Shown here piece after piece: positions 1 to 11,787 of a DNA stretch of 64,000 nt. The notes below the pieces were generated by a model. That model saw only the letters and a program-made list of their open reading frames with translations, made no database searches and was not told the DNA's origin. Made by a program: the position numbers and the translations under genes. Numbering within the stretch: the first letter of the stretch is position 1; every line of letters begins with the position of its first letter. The DNA comes from Mytilus trossulus (Eukaryota), in assembly GCF_036588685.1 (NCBI RefSeq), contig NC_086386.1:58218001-58282000 (forward strand), read 5' to 3'.

Positions 1-1850
1 TGCATGAATTATAGACGGTGAATGTGGCTGATGCAAACACTATTCAGTGCAAACATGCTACAGTTGATTCTATTAAACGTATAACTACCAATAACATTAT
101 TTTTAAGTACATAATTCATATGCAACTTGCTATATGTTTTCGTTTTGATGTTTTCACAGCATCAGTTAAGGAATAACGTTACACGACTTAACATATATAT
201 ATATATCTAGGGAGCCGTGGCAATACATAACGAACCTCCATTCAATCATGATCACTAAGCCACTGCTAGTTACATATAATTAACACAATTCATTAAACTT
301 AGCAAAGTGGCTAGAAACAGTTGAATTGGACTCAATAAAAGTTGTTGGAAGAAACCGTGTAAAATTTAATGGGATTGATCAAACGCGTTTTAATGAACAT
401 TTAAATGTCGCGGGTGAGCAAATATCGCACAGCTAATATACACGCGAACATAGGCTTGGATTTAATGTTGGTTTTTTACATTCGTCCATGTTAATTGCCC
501 GATTTGTATCTACTGGTTATCGCTATATATTTATTATGTGATTATTCTTGTATTCAAAATGACGCATTGTACAATTATCTTTTAAACAAATTAAGATATA
601 TTTGTTGACCAAATAATATCAATTTTATTTTAACATGCATTATGTTGACTATCAACATTGCAAAGTATGACATAACAGGATATATTGACAAAGAATATGT
701 TATAACAGTACTTTTATTAATTCATTCAAGTTACAATGGATTGTAATTGAATAGAAACAATAATAATAATTTGAAAATAATAAAACATAAAACATAAAAA
801 AAAAGATTTGGAAAGATCTAAAGAAAAATGGATGTAAAACATTGAAGTATTTGAGTACAACCACACAGTTGCGTAGTTTGAACTAATGCAATGGAAATAA
901 AGAATCATGCTTGAGTTCATATAAGGAAATGGTATACATATTAATGTTTAAAAACTGCTATTGCAGTTGATCGAGCATGCAATGCGGTTTTATTTTCTTT
1001 CAAAAAGTAATGGGAAACAATATGTTGAGTTCAACAGTTGCAAATGCTGAAATGGTCTTTCATCATTGGTGATTCAAAATAGATTTTATAACAAAATGAT
1101 ATGATGCAATTTTGAACTCAGGAAAAATGGATTTTAGAACATAAGCATCAAATTGAACGTAAATGATAGAATCAGACAGTGAAACTCACAAAGAGTTTTA
1201 TAAAATAAAAAATATATACACGATAACAAAAGATTACACCCCACTGTAAAATATACAATGGTCAAATCATAAGCATTAAACAAGCTGAATATCCTAATCA
1301 GATTGGTTAATGCATAACACATTCCAATTATTGTAAAGTACGCAGTGTTCCAAAGATGATAGACCCGGTGTTTGGATAAATTATTGAATGAGTATTTGTA
1401 ATTATCAAATATGAAGAATTCTCATTTAAAAACATAAAAAATGGTAAAATATATAAATAAAATAAACCTAAATGTATCAAACATAAAGTTATTTGGGAAT
1501 ATTTAAAATCCAGTTGATTGGCATAATCTCAAATACAACTTATTAAATATTGAAGAAGAAGAAGCTGTTTATATATATTCACACCGACATGCTATGCAAT
1601 ATAATTGATAAGGGGATATTACCAAATCATGATTTATATTTTACAGCGTATCTTAAAGTTAGCATACGTTTTTAAATTGCAATATCGTATTCAATGGACA
1701 CAATACTCTAACCATCTCACAATCTTTTAAACAACAGGTGAACCTTTCTCCAATACGAAAATATCGATAAATATTGTAAATAACAATTCATCATATTTCA
1801 ATTAATGTTGTTAAACTAAACTTTCAGCAATGAATACAAGTAGAAGTGAA
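1..1850 (+). pseudogene. Heavily decayed LRR/TIR (Toll-like receptor-like) remnant; paralogous pieces at ~2470-3600 and ~20780-21560
   Basis: Fragments LRNNVTRLNI, ETVELDSIK, GCKTLKYLS, LLNIEEEEAVYIYSHR, AYLKVSIRF*IA occur in TLR-like order but with many stops. DNA similarity between copies is clear; protein identity is tentative. Confidence 0.4.
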
Positions 1851-3000
1851 ATTAAATTATTCTTTAGGTAAAACACAACAAAAAAGTGTCAGGTTCTGCA
1901 AAGATAAGAATATTTTGAGACCAAAAACTGTTTCTGTTAAAGTAGGATGTTAAATTACTCAGGTGTCGAATTAGTCAGGTTGTACTGTACATGCATCAAT
2001 GTCATTACAATAAATTTGTACTTTGATGAATCTTTTAACAAATTTTATAATTGAATATAAAAAAAATGTCATTATCTTTGAGATGGAATTGGTTTGTGTG
2101 TGTGCACTTGTTCTGTGGGTTTCATTTTGGACTACTGAAAAAGTATAATGTTGTATTGGCTAACTGGGCATATGGACATGATGGCAGATAGGGAATGAAT
2201 GCACATTAATTTTTTTTTAATTCCAATAAACAAATAAATTTACAAAAAAATCTGTCACTGCATTGTAATTTTCAAATGATGAAACATCAAATTCAATTCA
2301 TTCTTGTTCAATATTCTTCACTTTGCCAGTGTACAAATTCAAGTTTATAACACCACCTGTGATTGTTGCCCCAAACAATATATTTCAAGTAGTGTTTTTC
2401 TTCCTTGTAGCTTTTGATATTATTTTTCATTCTATTGAAAATTGAAATGTAGCGTATTTTTAGTGCAATGCTGTGTTATGTAAGAGTTGTAGACTGTAAA
2501 TTATAATGATGCAAACACAATATATCGCAAACATGCATGCAGATGATTCTTTTAAACGTTAATCTACCACTTACATTTTTAAGTACATCATTCATATGTA
2601 ACTGGCTGTGTTTATGACGTTTGAATGGCAAAGTATTAGTTTTGGGATTACGTCACACAGTTTCACGTTAATAGATATCTATGCAACCGTAACAACACAT
2701 ACTGGTCTTTGATTCAAACAAAATAACTAAGTCATTGCTAGCTCAAAATACATATAACAATATTCATTAAGCTCTAACACAGCATTATGATACAGTTGAA
2801 TTGAACTAAGTACATATAGTATTTTAATACATCGACCACTATTTGAAATAATACTGCGTAAATGCTTCATGAGATTGATCATATGCGTTTAACTAAACAT
2901 TGGCATGCTTCAGATGAGGAAATATCAAATCACGCATATATATACTTGACCATAGTCTTGAATTAAATGGTCATTTATTAAAGTCTCTGACTATTCGGTA

Positions 3001-3268
3001 TTACTCGATTTATTTCACTTGACTGGGCGGAGTTTAACCGGTTCGCTCATAATAAACCAGTCCATCTATAGATAGGTGTTTTAGGATAAACTCATCAATG
3101 AAGTTTCTAGACATTCTTTTGTAAATTCCTTTGATGACACTGATTGGTGATTAGAAATCAGTATTAATTATAACGGCAATCATCCTTATCCCACACATCT
3201 TCAAATAGACTGTCCACATGCAAATTAAAACTTTAGCTCCGCCCGATCAGTTGAAATAACATTGGTAA
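3001..3268. mobile_element. TA-flanked MITE with ~37-bp imperfect TIRs
   Basis: ttactcgatttatttcacttgactgggcggagttt / ttagctccgcccgatcagttgaaataacattggtaa. The paralogous block near 21250-21280 lacks it. Confidence 0.75.
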
Positions 3269-3522
3269 TATCTGCAGTTATGTTCTGAAAGCACCGGCTG
3301 ATCAAAACGGGCTTACTGTAAAATGAAACAATACAAATATTATCCTTCTTACATATCTTTTTTTATTTGCTGTAAAAACATGATATATCATAGTTCTGTT
3401 CCATGAGAATGATATTTTATTAGAAAGATCACCATATGTTCACAAGCGCAATTTATGCATTAATAAACTGTTGAAGAGAATACCGGAGATCCAAAGCTGA
3501 ATCCTATATAATTATTGACAAG

Positions 3523-3562
3523 ATATTTGACATGTTCCGCCAATATTTGACATGTTCCGCCA
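3523..3562. repeat. Perfect 20-bp tandem duplication
   Basis: atatttgacatgttccgcca x2. Confidence 0.9.
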
Positions 3563-3689
3563 GTTAATTCGTTATAATTTCAAATATGTGAGATTTAGCC
3601 ACTGGGTATGCATCATAGTTACACTTGTAAACATTATTTACGTGGGAACATATGTTTCCAATAAAGGAGACAATATTGAGATATGTAAT

Positions 3690-6405
3690 TAGTATTAGTG
3701 CGTGATTAAAGATACCAAATATGTGAATGACCAGACTTCACGATTTGTCATTCAGTGGCCTTAGAACTAATTTAAAATACTATTTTGAGTTAACAAAACA
3801 CATAAAATATTAAATATTGCTCCTATACGTTATCATATAAATGAATGTAGATTTACAATAGCAACACATTATTGAAGATTTTCATTATCATAGATTAAAA
3901 TGAAATTCATTATAGTTCCATTTACGGAATTATTAAAATTCAGTTTCTGCCGACGTTCTCGTGCTTGTAATTTTATATTGTGTGTCAATCTAATGATAGT
4001 TTATCAGTCTCCACCTTACAGTTTGAAATTTAATGAACATAACGTGCATACAGTGTGTAGATTTATTGATTAAATGCATATGCTTCTTACGTCTTAACGG
4101 AAATACAACAAAACAGTCAAGACTATTTTTAATCAATAAATACAGTGTATTACTTTAGTTTAAAAAAGTCTCAATTCGAAAAACTTCAGATTCTACTGGA
4201 ATAAGATCATTGGATTTGCAAACAAAACAGTGGCTTACTCTTGTTTTAAGAAAGTATTTTTTTCAACCCCATCAGCAACCTTTAAATCATAAATACCATT
4301 CTTTTGTTTGTCTTTGATAAATGTTGACTATTCTCTGTATAAGATATGATTATCTATTTTTGATTTAATTTAATTTTAATTTTGAAAACAATGATATATA
4401 TGTACCAATAACTAATACATGTCATACATGTATATGGTGTTCAATGCTTATTTGTAAAACAAATATATAGGAACATGTTTAAGAATGCTTTGAGATCCAT
4501 TTTTCTGACAGATGTCAGTCACATCTCACAGATTTGAATCATGAAAAGCTAGATTAGAAATAAGCGGATTATCTAAAGCTGGTATATAAATCAACATGTC
4601 ATTTTCTCGCTCAGTTGTTTTCTTTATACTTGCATTGTGAATAGGAGTTTCATCTGATAGACATATATATATATATTAAACTATTCGTTTTTTAACTCCT
4701 ATGCAATCCAACTTAAATCATACCTACTGACATTTACATTGGTATAGTATTGTATAATTGACGTTCGAGTCGTTATATTTAAATGTTGCTTAGATATGAG
4801 GAGGTATATCTATTTTGGAATACTAATTGAGAGTCCGAAAGTATAAAACAAGGGTGAACGCAAATGTTTGACTTAGATCATAAAAGTGGCTTGTAAATTC
4901 ACACCAGCATGATTTACTGTTTTTGGATGGTCAATTACGAACCTTAGTGTGAACTCCGGGAAACAAAAAAAAGATTGCACTAAACTGGCACTGCAAAATA
5001 AAAAAAAGTGACCAGATACATCTTTAAAGTTCGATTTACCTTTTCTGTTGGCTATTTTAACTTCAATGCAAAATATAATTACATTTGTTGAATTTCGTTT
5101 GGATCCACTCATACACTACTTGTGTAAGTTTTTCGAAAGAAAAAAAAGCCAAGAATTGCTGTACGTTTTGCTAAAAATATATTGATATAAATGTATGCAC
5201 ATTTATGTTTGCACGACATGAAGGAATATAGAACCAACCAAATTTTACCTAGAAGTAATGTGTTGTCTATTCTTTTTGCACTCAGTCTTGATTTTGTGTA
5301 TCAAAAAATTAAATGACTTTTTACGTTTGAATAATGATAATAAAATACAAATGGAATACTATTTTAGCATATATAACAACAAACCATTACACAAACAAGA
5401 GCAAGCTGTGTCGATGCTTTATATTATTGGTCAGTTGTTTGCACCTGACTATATCTAACCACACACGAACGCAATTGGTGTTCATCTGTTGGCATTATTC
5501 TTATCTTTATTTCAAACATTAAAGAAAACGATACAAACCGATCAAATCAATTACACAAGGCGATTTCTTCATAAGCATGTATTTATAAAGACCACACTAT
5601 GATTATCAACCTTAAACGTAATAAATAAGCCATGAAGTGCTGCGAATTATATGCAGAATCGTCTTTTTTTGCAAGATAGCTTACATAACGACATTTTAAT
5701 TGTCACGTCCTCGAATTGAATGCAATGCAGAACTTCTTAAATGCTATCAACGCGTAAAAATCAGTGTTCTACCTTGACCGATTGCATGCTTATCGTTATC
5801 AATCACAGACATTATTAAAAACTTCTCAGACTTATATATGATTGTACTTTTAGATGTTGACTTTCATGTACACCATTATGTGATCTTTTATCACTTGATA
5901 TTGGAATATACCCTTGATAGCAATATGAAATGCTGTCATGTATGAACATATATTCCCATTGCATTCATTGAAATATATCATGAATAAATATGTTAAAATG
6001 AGGTCACCTCTGTCATAAATTTGTGTAATTATGCAATGCCTGCGTTCATAAAATATTTCATTGATAAAATGTTTGCATGTAAAAAGCGCACACACAAAGT
6101 GTTGTTGTACTGCTATTTAATGCGACAATGAATAAAAAACGCTATGTGACATAATAGTACAGGACAATACAACAAACAGATGAATGTATGCATCAGGTTT
6201 TTATAAAAGTGTCAGGTTGGCTATTTTACAAATGAAACAAATCAAAACATTGAATTCTTTCATTTTTCAAATCATAAACATCTTGATTAATCTTATACGA
6301 GCTTGCATAAGCAATATCAGATCACCAATCGTGAATTAATATTCAGAATTGTATAGAGTTACCTTATCACATTTAACATTTAAATGTCACACCCAGTTTT
6401 GAATA
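3690..6405. repeat. ~2.7 kb segmental duplication, paralog at 14515-17200
   Basis: Colinear shared strings, e.g. gtgattaaagataccaaa, cggaaatacaacaaaacagt, ttgcactaaactggcactgcaaa, caagatagcttacataacgacattttaattgtcacgtcctcgaattgaatgcaatgcagaact. Confidence 0.95.
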
Positions 6406-6505
6406 AAAATGTAAAAACCTTTTGCATTTAATATAAGTAATCATAGATTATAAAGATGTATCGATTTACAGTCAAGTAAATCATTTTAATTAGAACCAGG
6501 TTTTT

Positions 6506-6866
6506 CACCACTGGGTCGATGGCACTGCTAGTGGACGTTTCGTCCCCAAGGGCTTCACCAGCACAATAGTCAGCACTTCGGTGTTGACCTGAATATCAAT
6601 TATATGGTCATTTTAATCAATTTCCCGTTACAAAACTTAGAATTTTTCGAAAAGCTAACGATTTTCTTATTTCTAGGAATAAATGACCTGAGACGAATTT
6701 GGCACAATGTTTTAGAATTTTGGGTCCTCAATGCTCTTCAACTTAATTTGTACTTGTCTAGCTTTATTACTATTTTGATATGAGCGTCCCTGACGAGTCT
6801 TATGTACACGAAACGTGCGTCTGGTGTATTAAATAATAATCCTGGTACTTTTGATAACTATTTACA
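6506..6866 (+). mobile_element. Retrozyme monomer (~360 bp) with type I hammerhead at ~6784-6827
   Basis: gcgtcc-CTGACGA-gtct-tatgt-acac-GAAA-cgtgc-GTC-tggtgt; same family as 42630, 43761 and 48087. Confidence 0.8.
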
Positions 6867-8606
6867 AAAAATTGATCATTGTTGATGTGTTCATGTATAT
6901 CATTTTCACAATCGGACAATATTCCACCATCATGACCAGTACCATGAATAGATTTGAGACTGCTAATTTTGATATATGTTAATAATATAGCATGCTACAT
7001 TGTACACAGAGTAATTTTGCACAGTAGTAAACTTTAAAAAAAGATCTTAACAGGTTATCTTTTTAAAACATCATACGTTGTATAAAAGCTTTTGTAACAT
7101 ATATGAAAAATAAGGACACAGATATCAATAAATTCGTGTTTACAATAACACTATATCATAATATATATCAATGTGATCAGGTAATATTCGATATACAACT
7201 ATACTGTGATTTCTTAACTTGTTTAAAATATAACAAATATTGTTTTTTTTTAAGGAATTCTATCTTAAACAGTTAGTAAGTGACACTGTTGCTTTAACAA
7301 AACTGAAATATTTTAGGTAGACATTCCTTAAATATATGATAAAAATGCCTGTATCGTTGAACCCATATCATGCATCTTATTGTATTCTATTACAATTGCG
7401 TTTACCAGCTTTCATTTAACTAAGAGTACTAATAACATCGCTATTAGTCTTTAAGTTGCTTTTGCAAAGATTTGCAATGTGTCGATCAATGCATCTAGTG
7501 TGTCCAACTGATGCTGTTCAACTAACATTCCAGGTTAATAAACGATGGAAGAAATACAGAAACATCTGAAATTTCCATAGTTTTTAACTTGATTCGTTAC
7601 GTTTGTTTGTATTTATTTGTGTTTCAAAAGGACTTATGCATGTTATGAGTTAACATGAATTTTCGTTTCTTAGTCTTTTGAATGTGTTCTATAGAGTTAT
7701 CATTTTTCTAGATACAACTGTAATGTTTTCGTTATAACCTCTGCCTTTTTAAATATTTTCCTGGTGAAGAAGTTCAGTATAAAATTCAGAAATATATCTA
7801 TACTTTAAATTGCCTTATTAACCGACTATTTCTGCAAATAGCTTTTTGTAGTGCATAGCTTTTTTACATTCTAATATATAGATCTTATAAAGATCATCAA
7901 AACATATTGATCAATTGCAGACAGCTCCAGTTTAACAATAAAATGCTACCATTGACACCGACACGATTAGTAAAACAAAGTAATAAATTGTCCATAAGAG
8001 CACCAATATCGACGAGTACTTCTAGATATCATAACTGCTTGCTTGCTGGCTTGATGACATTTAATATATAACTGAGAGACAATAACAAATCCATCCGTTC
8101 CTTATGCATCTATACGTCTAAGAACGTCTGTATTTATATTGTAACCGCATAAACAAGAAATGTTAATATTATAAATTAGAACGACTGAAGCAGGTTGAAG
8201 GTCTGCCAAGAATTTTATACTAGATCACTGTTGAAGGAAACCATTTCACAGTTCCATTGAATTTAACATATGAAAAAGACGTTTTGATATTAAAGTTTGT
8301 ATATAAGAGCACTTACATACACATCCAATGTGATTTGTGCGCATGATTCTACTTTTATTGGGTGTCTAAACAAACAAAACACTTTGTTTTTCGATCATGA
8401 ACAAATTTTACAGGATTGAAACAAATATGTTAATAATTTAGAACTACTGTCCAATCTAAGCTGAACTATAAATCTTTTTAGGTTTGAGCAGTTCTGCAAC
8501 GTTTGCACTGGTTTTGGGATTTTTGATATTATGGCCGCGAGTATTCTTTGTCGAGTGGCGTGGCTGGGGCAGTCAAATTGAAACCGTTTATGTTGTAATT
8601 TCTCGA

Positions 8607-9157
8607 AGGAGTTGGTCCATTAAGACCCCTTTTTGGCCCAAAAATATATCAGTTTTACAAAATTGTTAAAATGAAAATCTCTAGCTTTTTATTGGAAAGA
8701 AGAATACTTCTGATACTGAAATATTGGCATTCTTTTTACAATTCAATACAAATATATGCTAAATTTCTGAAATCTTAACAAATTTAGCATTTGAGTTAAA
8801 TTTTTGAAGGTTTGCGTATTACTTGCAAGTGACTGCATTTGAGTTCATTCTTTATATATAAACGTTAGTTGTATTTAATGATAATATATAACATATATAA
8901 AGAATGGGGGTAAAGTAAACATTTTCATTGTTTACAAAACCATCGGAAAAGTGACTATTATGGCATATTTGATAGATTTCTCATATTTAAGCTTGACTTT
9001 GAGCGTCTTAAATGACTAAATCAGTGCAAATCTTTCACATAAACTGATTGAATCGACTGAAGTAGACACTTATTAAGTGTTCAAAAAGTGTCCAAAATCT
9101 TTCATTAGATGAATCTAAAATATGTAGCCAAAATCGGCCCTTATCTAACCTGCTCCT
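8607..9157. mobile_element. Decayed MITE with imperfect TIRs
   Basis: aggagttggtccattaagaccccttttggc ... gccaaaatcggcccttatctaacctgctcct|ttaa. Confidence 0.6.
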
Positions 9158-9959
9158 TTAAAGCGTTTTCTAAGTAATGTTTTCGTTATCTTCTATCCAT
9201 TCTACAGGCAAGCAGTAACAATGTTTTCACAACTTCCGAACACTCGTCGTATTAGACTTTTAACTCTATTGATATACTTCGAATGTGTATTAATGGATAT
9301 ATTTTACTTTTAAGCTTGGGCTTGTTTCAATCATTCATATGGTTCCTTCTTTGACCATGCTTTTTTCAGTTTTTTTTCAGCTTTTTATTGAATGTCACTT
9401 TGATTTCCCTCGATTCTCTTTTTTTAATGAATAGAATCGGATGATATCGATTTTTAAATACATACTTTAATGGGCCACTTCCCAAGCTTTTACATGTCGA
9501 AATGTACTATTATAATATTTATCTATGTATTTCTCTGTCCTGGGTGTTTTTGAACTTATTTGTACTGTAATGTAAAGTTTTTTTTAACGGTATTTTTAAC
9601 ATTGCAATATAAGCGGAAGATTTTTCTACCCAGTAAACAAGGTTTAATCGACCATTTTTCTTATCATGTCATGAACTAAGTCAGGAATTTTGCATTTACT
9701 TACAAAACTTTTTACCCCAATTTAAACAAAGTGTATGTCTTTTTCTTATGTTCAAAGCATACATGTATGTTTTTTAAATTGCGATTATCTATAGTTCCGT
9801 AACATTCTATCCAGTCGTATTAACGAATGATCGGCAGGTGCGTACATTTTTGTTAAATAAATATTTCTTGTATGTTTCAAACTGTCCTTCGTCAACAAGT
9901 ATATTGACAACGAGTGTATACTTACATTTTCCCGAACTTACCCTTGGAAAAATATGTCA

Positions 9960-10097
9960 ATAGATTTTTATTCAATTAAATCTTTATTTTTTTGGAATTA
10001 TTGAGATTTTCATTTAATCAAATCTTTTTTTTTTTTGGAATTATTTAGATTTTTATTCAATCAAATCTGTTGTTTTTGGATTCATTTAGATTTTTAT
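9960..10097. repeat. Minisatellite, ~43-bp unit x ~3
   Basis: tagatttttattcaat.aaatct...ttttggaattatt repeated. Confidence 0.8.
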
Positions 10098-11357
10098 AAA
10101 TAATATTCTTTACACCATAAATGTTATTCATAAACAAGCGTATGAATTTAGTAATGACTAGTGTATAACTATCGGACACGCAAGACAGAGATGTATATTA
10201 TACACCTGATAGATCAAAATGAAACGTTACAAGTTATCGGCCGTGTACACTGAGCAATACCTTCAGAAGTGAAACGATGCATGAACCTACCGGTACGTCT
10301 AAACACTGCTAAGGACTCCCTAGTGTACAAAGGACTATACAATGCAACTAAGGACTAGAAGGAGAGCTGTAATATGTATTATTTTCACATATTACGATAG
10401 AGATGGATATTTAATGTATGAATTTCAAATTTTATAGAAAAATAGTCATAAATAAACAAGATTTTCAACATTATTTAGGCACGTATCCGTTTTTTTTTAT
10501 ATGCCGAAAATCAAAGAACCGTTTGACACGTGCCAAATAACATAACAACTGATTAAACAATCATAATCTTTTTATTTTAGGTATTTTACAATTGTATCGA
10601 AAAGATTAATATGCTTAATATCGATAATTAAATGTTTTGTTCTTATTTAAAATGATTAAAATAACAAATAATTTTAATTTTGTTTTATATCTTTTCCGAC
10701 AAAGTTATTTGCCATAGAATCAAGACTTTGATGTGCGCAAACTAATAAGTTAAGAGTGTGGTCAGCTTGTTAAAATGTATGTTAGAGATTCGAAGACAAC
10801 ATGATATGTATAGTTTCATTAAAGTATGAGTAAATTCCGGAAAAAAATATGAATCATGATGTTTGCTTTTTCACTTTCTGTTATTGCTTGATACATCGTA
10901 CGAATAACGATAGAATTGAAAAAAAAAATCATACGGCGTCCTTTGGGTTTATCAAAACAACTAGTTTTCAACCAGTTTGATATCTGTTTACAAAGGTTTC
11001 ATACGGTACTAATTTGTTTGTAATTGTTCGACATTTTTTTTTTCGAAAAAGTAAAATAAGTTTAAAAAATCATTTATCGAAATTTAGTCATATTAAGTTT
11101 CATTTTCAAATATATAAAAGAAACAAATGTTTTTTTTAAATGTTCCACAGTTTTAGTACACTATTTACGAAAAATATCCAGTATGTGCTATGTTAATTTA
11201 GAGCTAACGAATTTTTACAGAAAACGAGAATGCCTTTAAAATATGCCTTTACCACATGATGTAAAAAGAATAGTTTTTGTAATACAATATAATCTGAATA
11301 TTTAAACCTAAATCTATCACGTGAAAAAATGAAAAAAAGCCGACAGAAACATTCAAT

Positions 11358-11787
11358 CATTTTGTTTATTTTCTTTGGTTACATCTTCTGACACCAGACT
11401 CGGACTTCTCTTGAACTGAATGCTAATGTGCGTATTATTATGCGTTAACTTTTCTTCATTGGTTAGAGATATAGGGGGAGAGTTGAGATCTCACAAACAT
11501 GTTTAACCCCGCCGCATTTTTGCGCCTGTCCCAAGTCAGGAGACTCTGGCCTTTGTAAGTCTTGTATTATTTTAATTTTAGTTTCTTGTGTAAAATTTGG
11601 AAATTAGTATGGCGTTCATTATCACTGGACTAGTATATATTTGTTATGGGGCCAGCTGAAGGACGTCTCCGGGTGCGGGAATTTCTCGCTACATTGAAGA
11701 CATGTTGGTGACCTTCTGCTGTTGTTTTTTTATTTGGTCGGGTTGTTGTCTCTTTGACACATTCACCATTTCCATTCTCAATTTTAT
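11358..11787 (+). mobile_element. Family A short element (3' end of the Naiad PLE)
   Basis: Colinear with 60648-60900 + 61417-61570; contains the twister fold. Confidence 0.85.
11461..11551 (+). ncRNA. Twister ribozyme-like fold (type P5), family A
   Basis: P2 CCCC/GGGG, P3 CGCA-TTTT-TGCG, P4 CCTG/CAGG with loop TCCCAAGT, P5 ggttagag/ctctggcc, T/AA site at 11504/11505. GAGAG instead of GAGGG weakens pseudoknot T1. Confidence 0.75.

Noticed and set aside
1940-1990. Mariner-like TIR end (caggtgtcgaattagtcaggttgtactgta)
   Set aside because: Partner TIR not found, so element boundaries cannot be defined.
11648-11715. ggccagCTGAAGGAc...GAA in family A as a second hammerhead
   Set aside because: Core deviates (CUGAAGGA, no GAAA-stem III-NUH arrangement); structured but not assignable.
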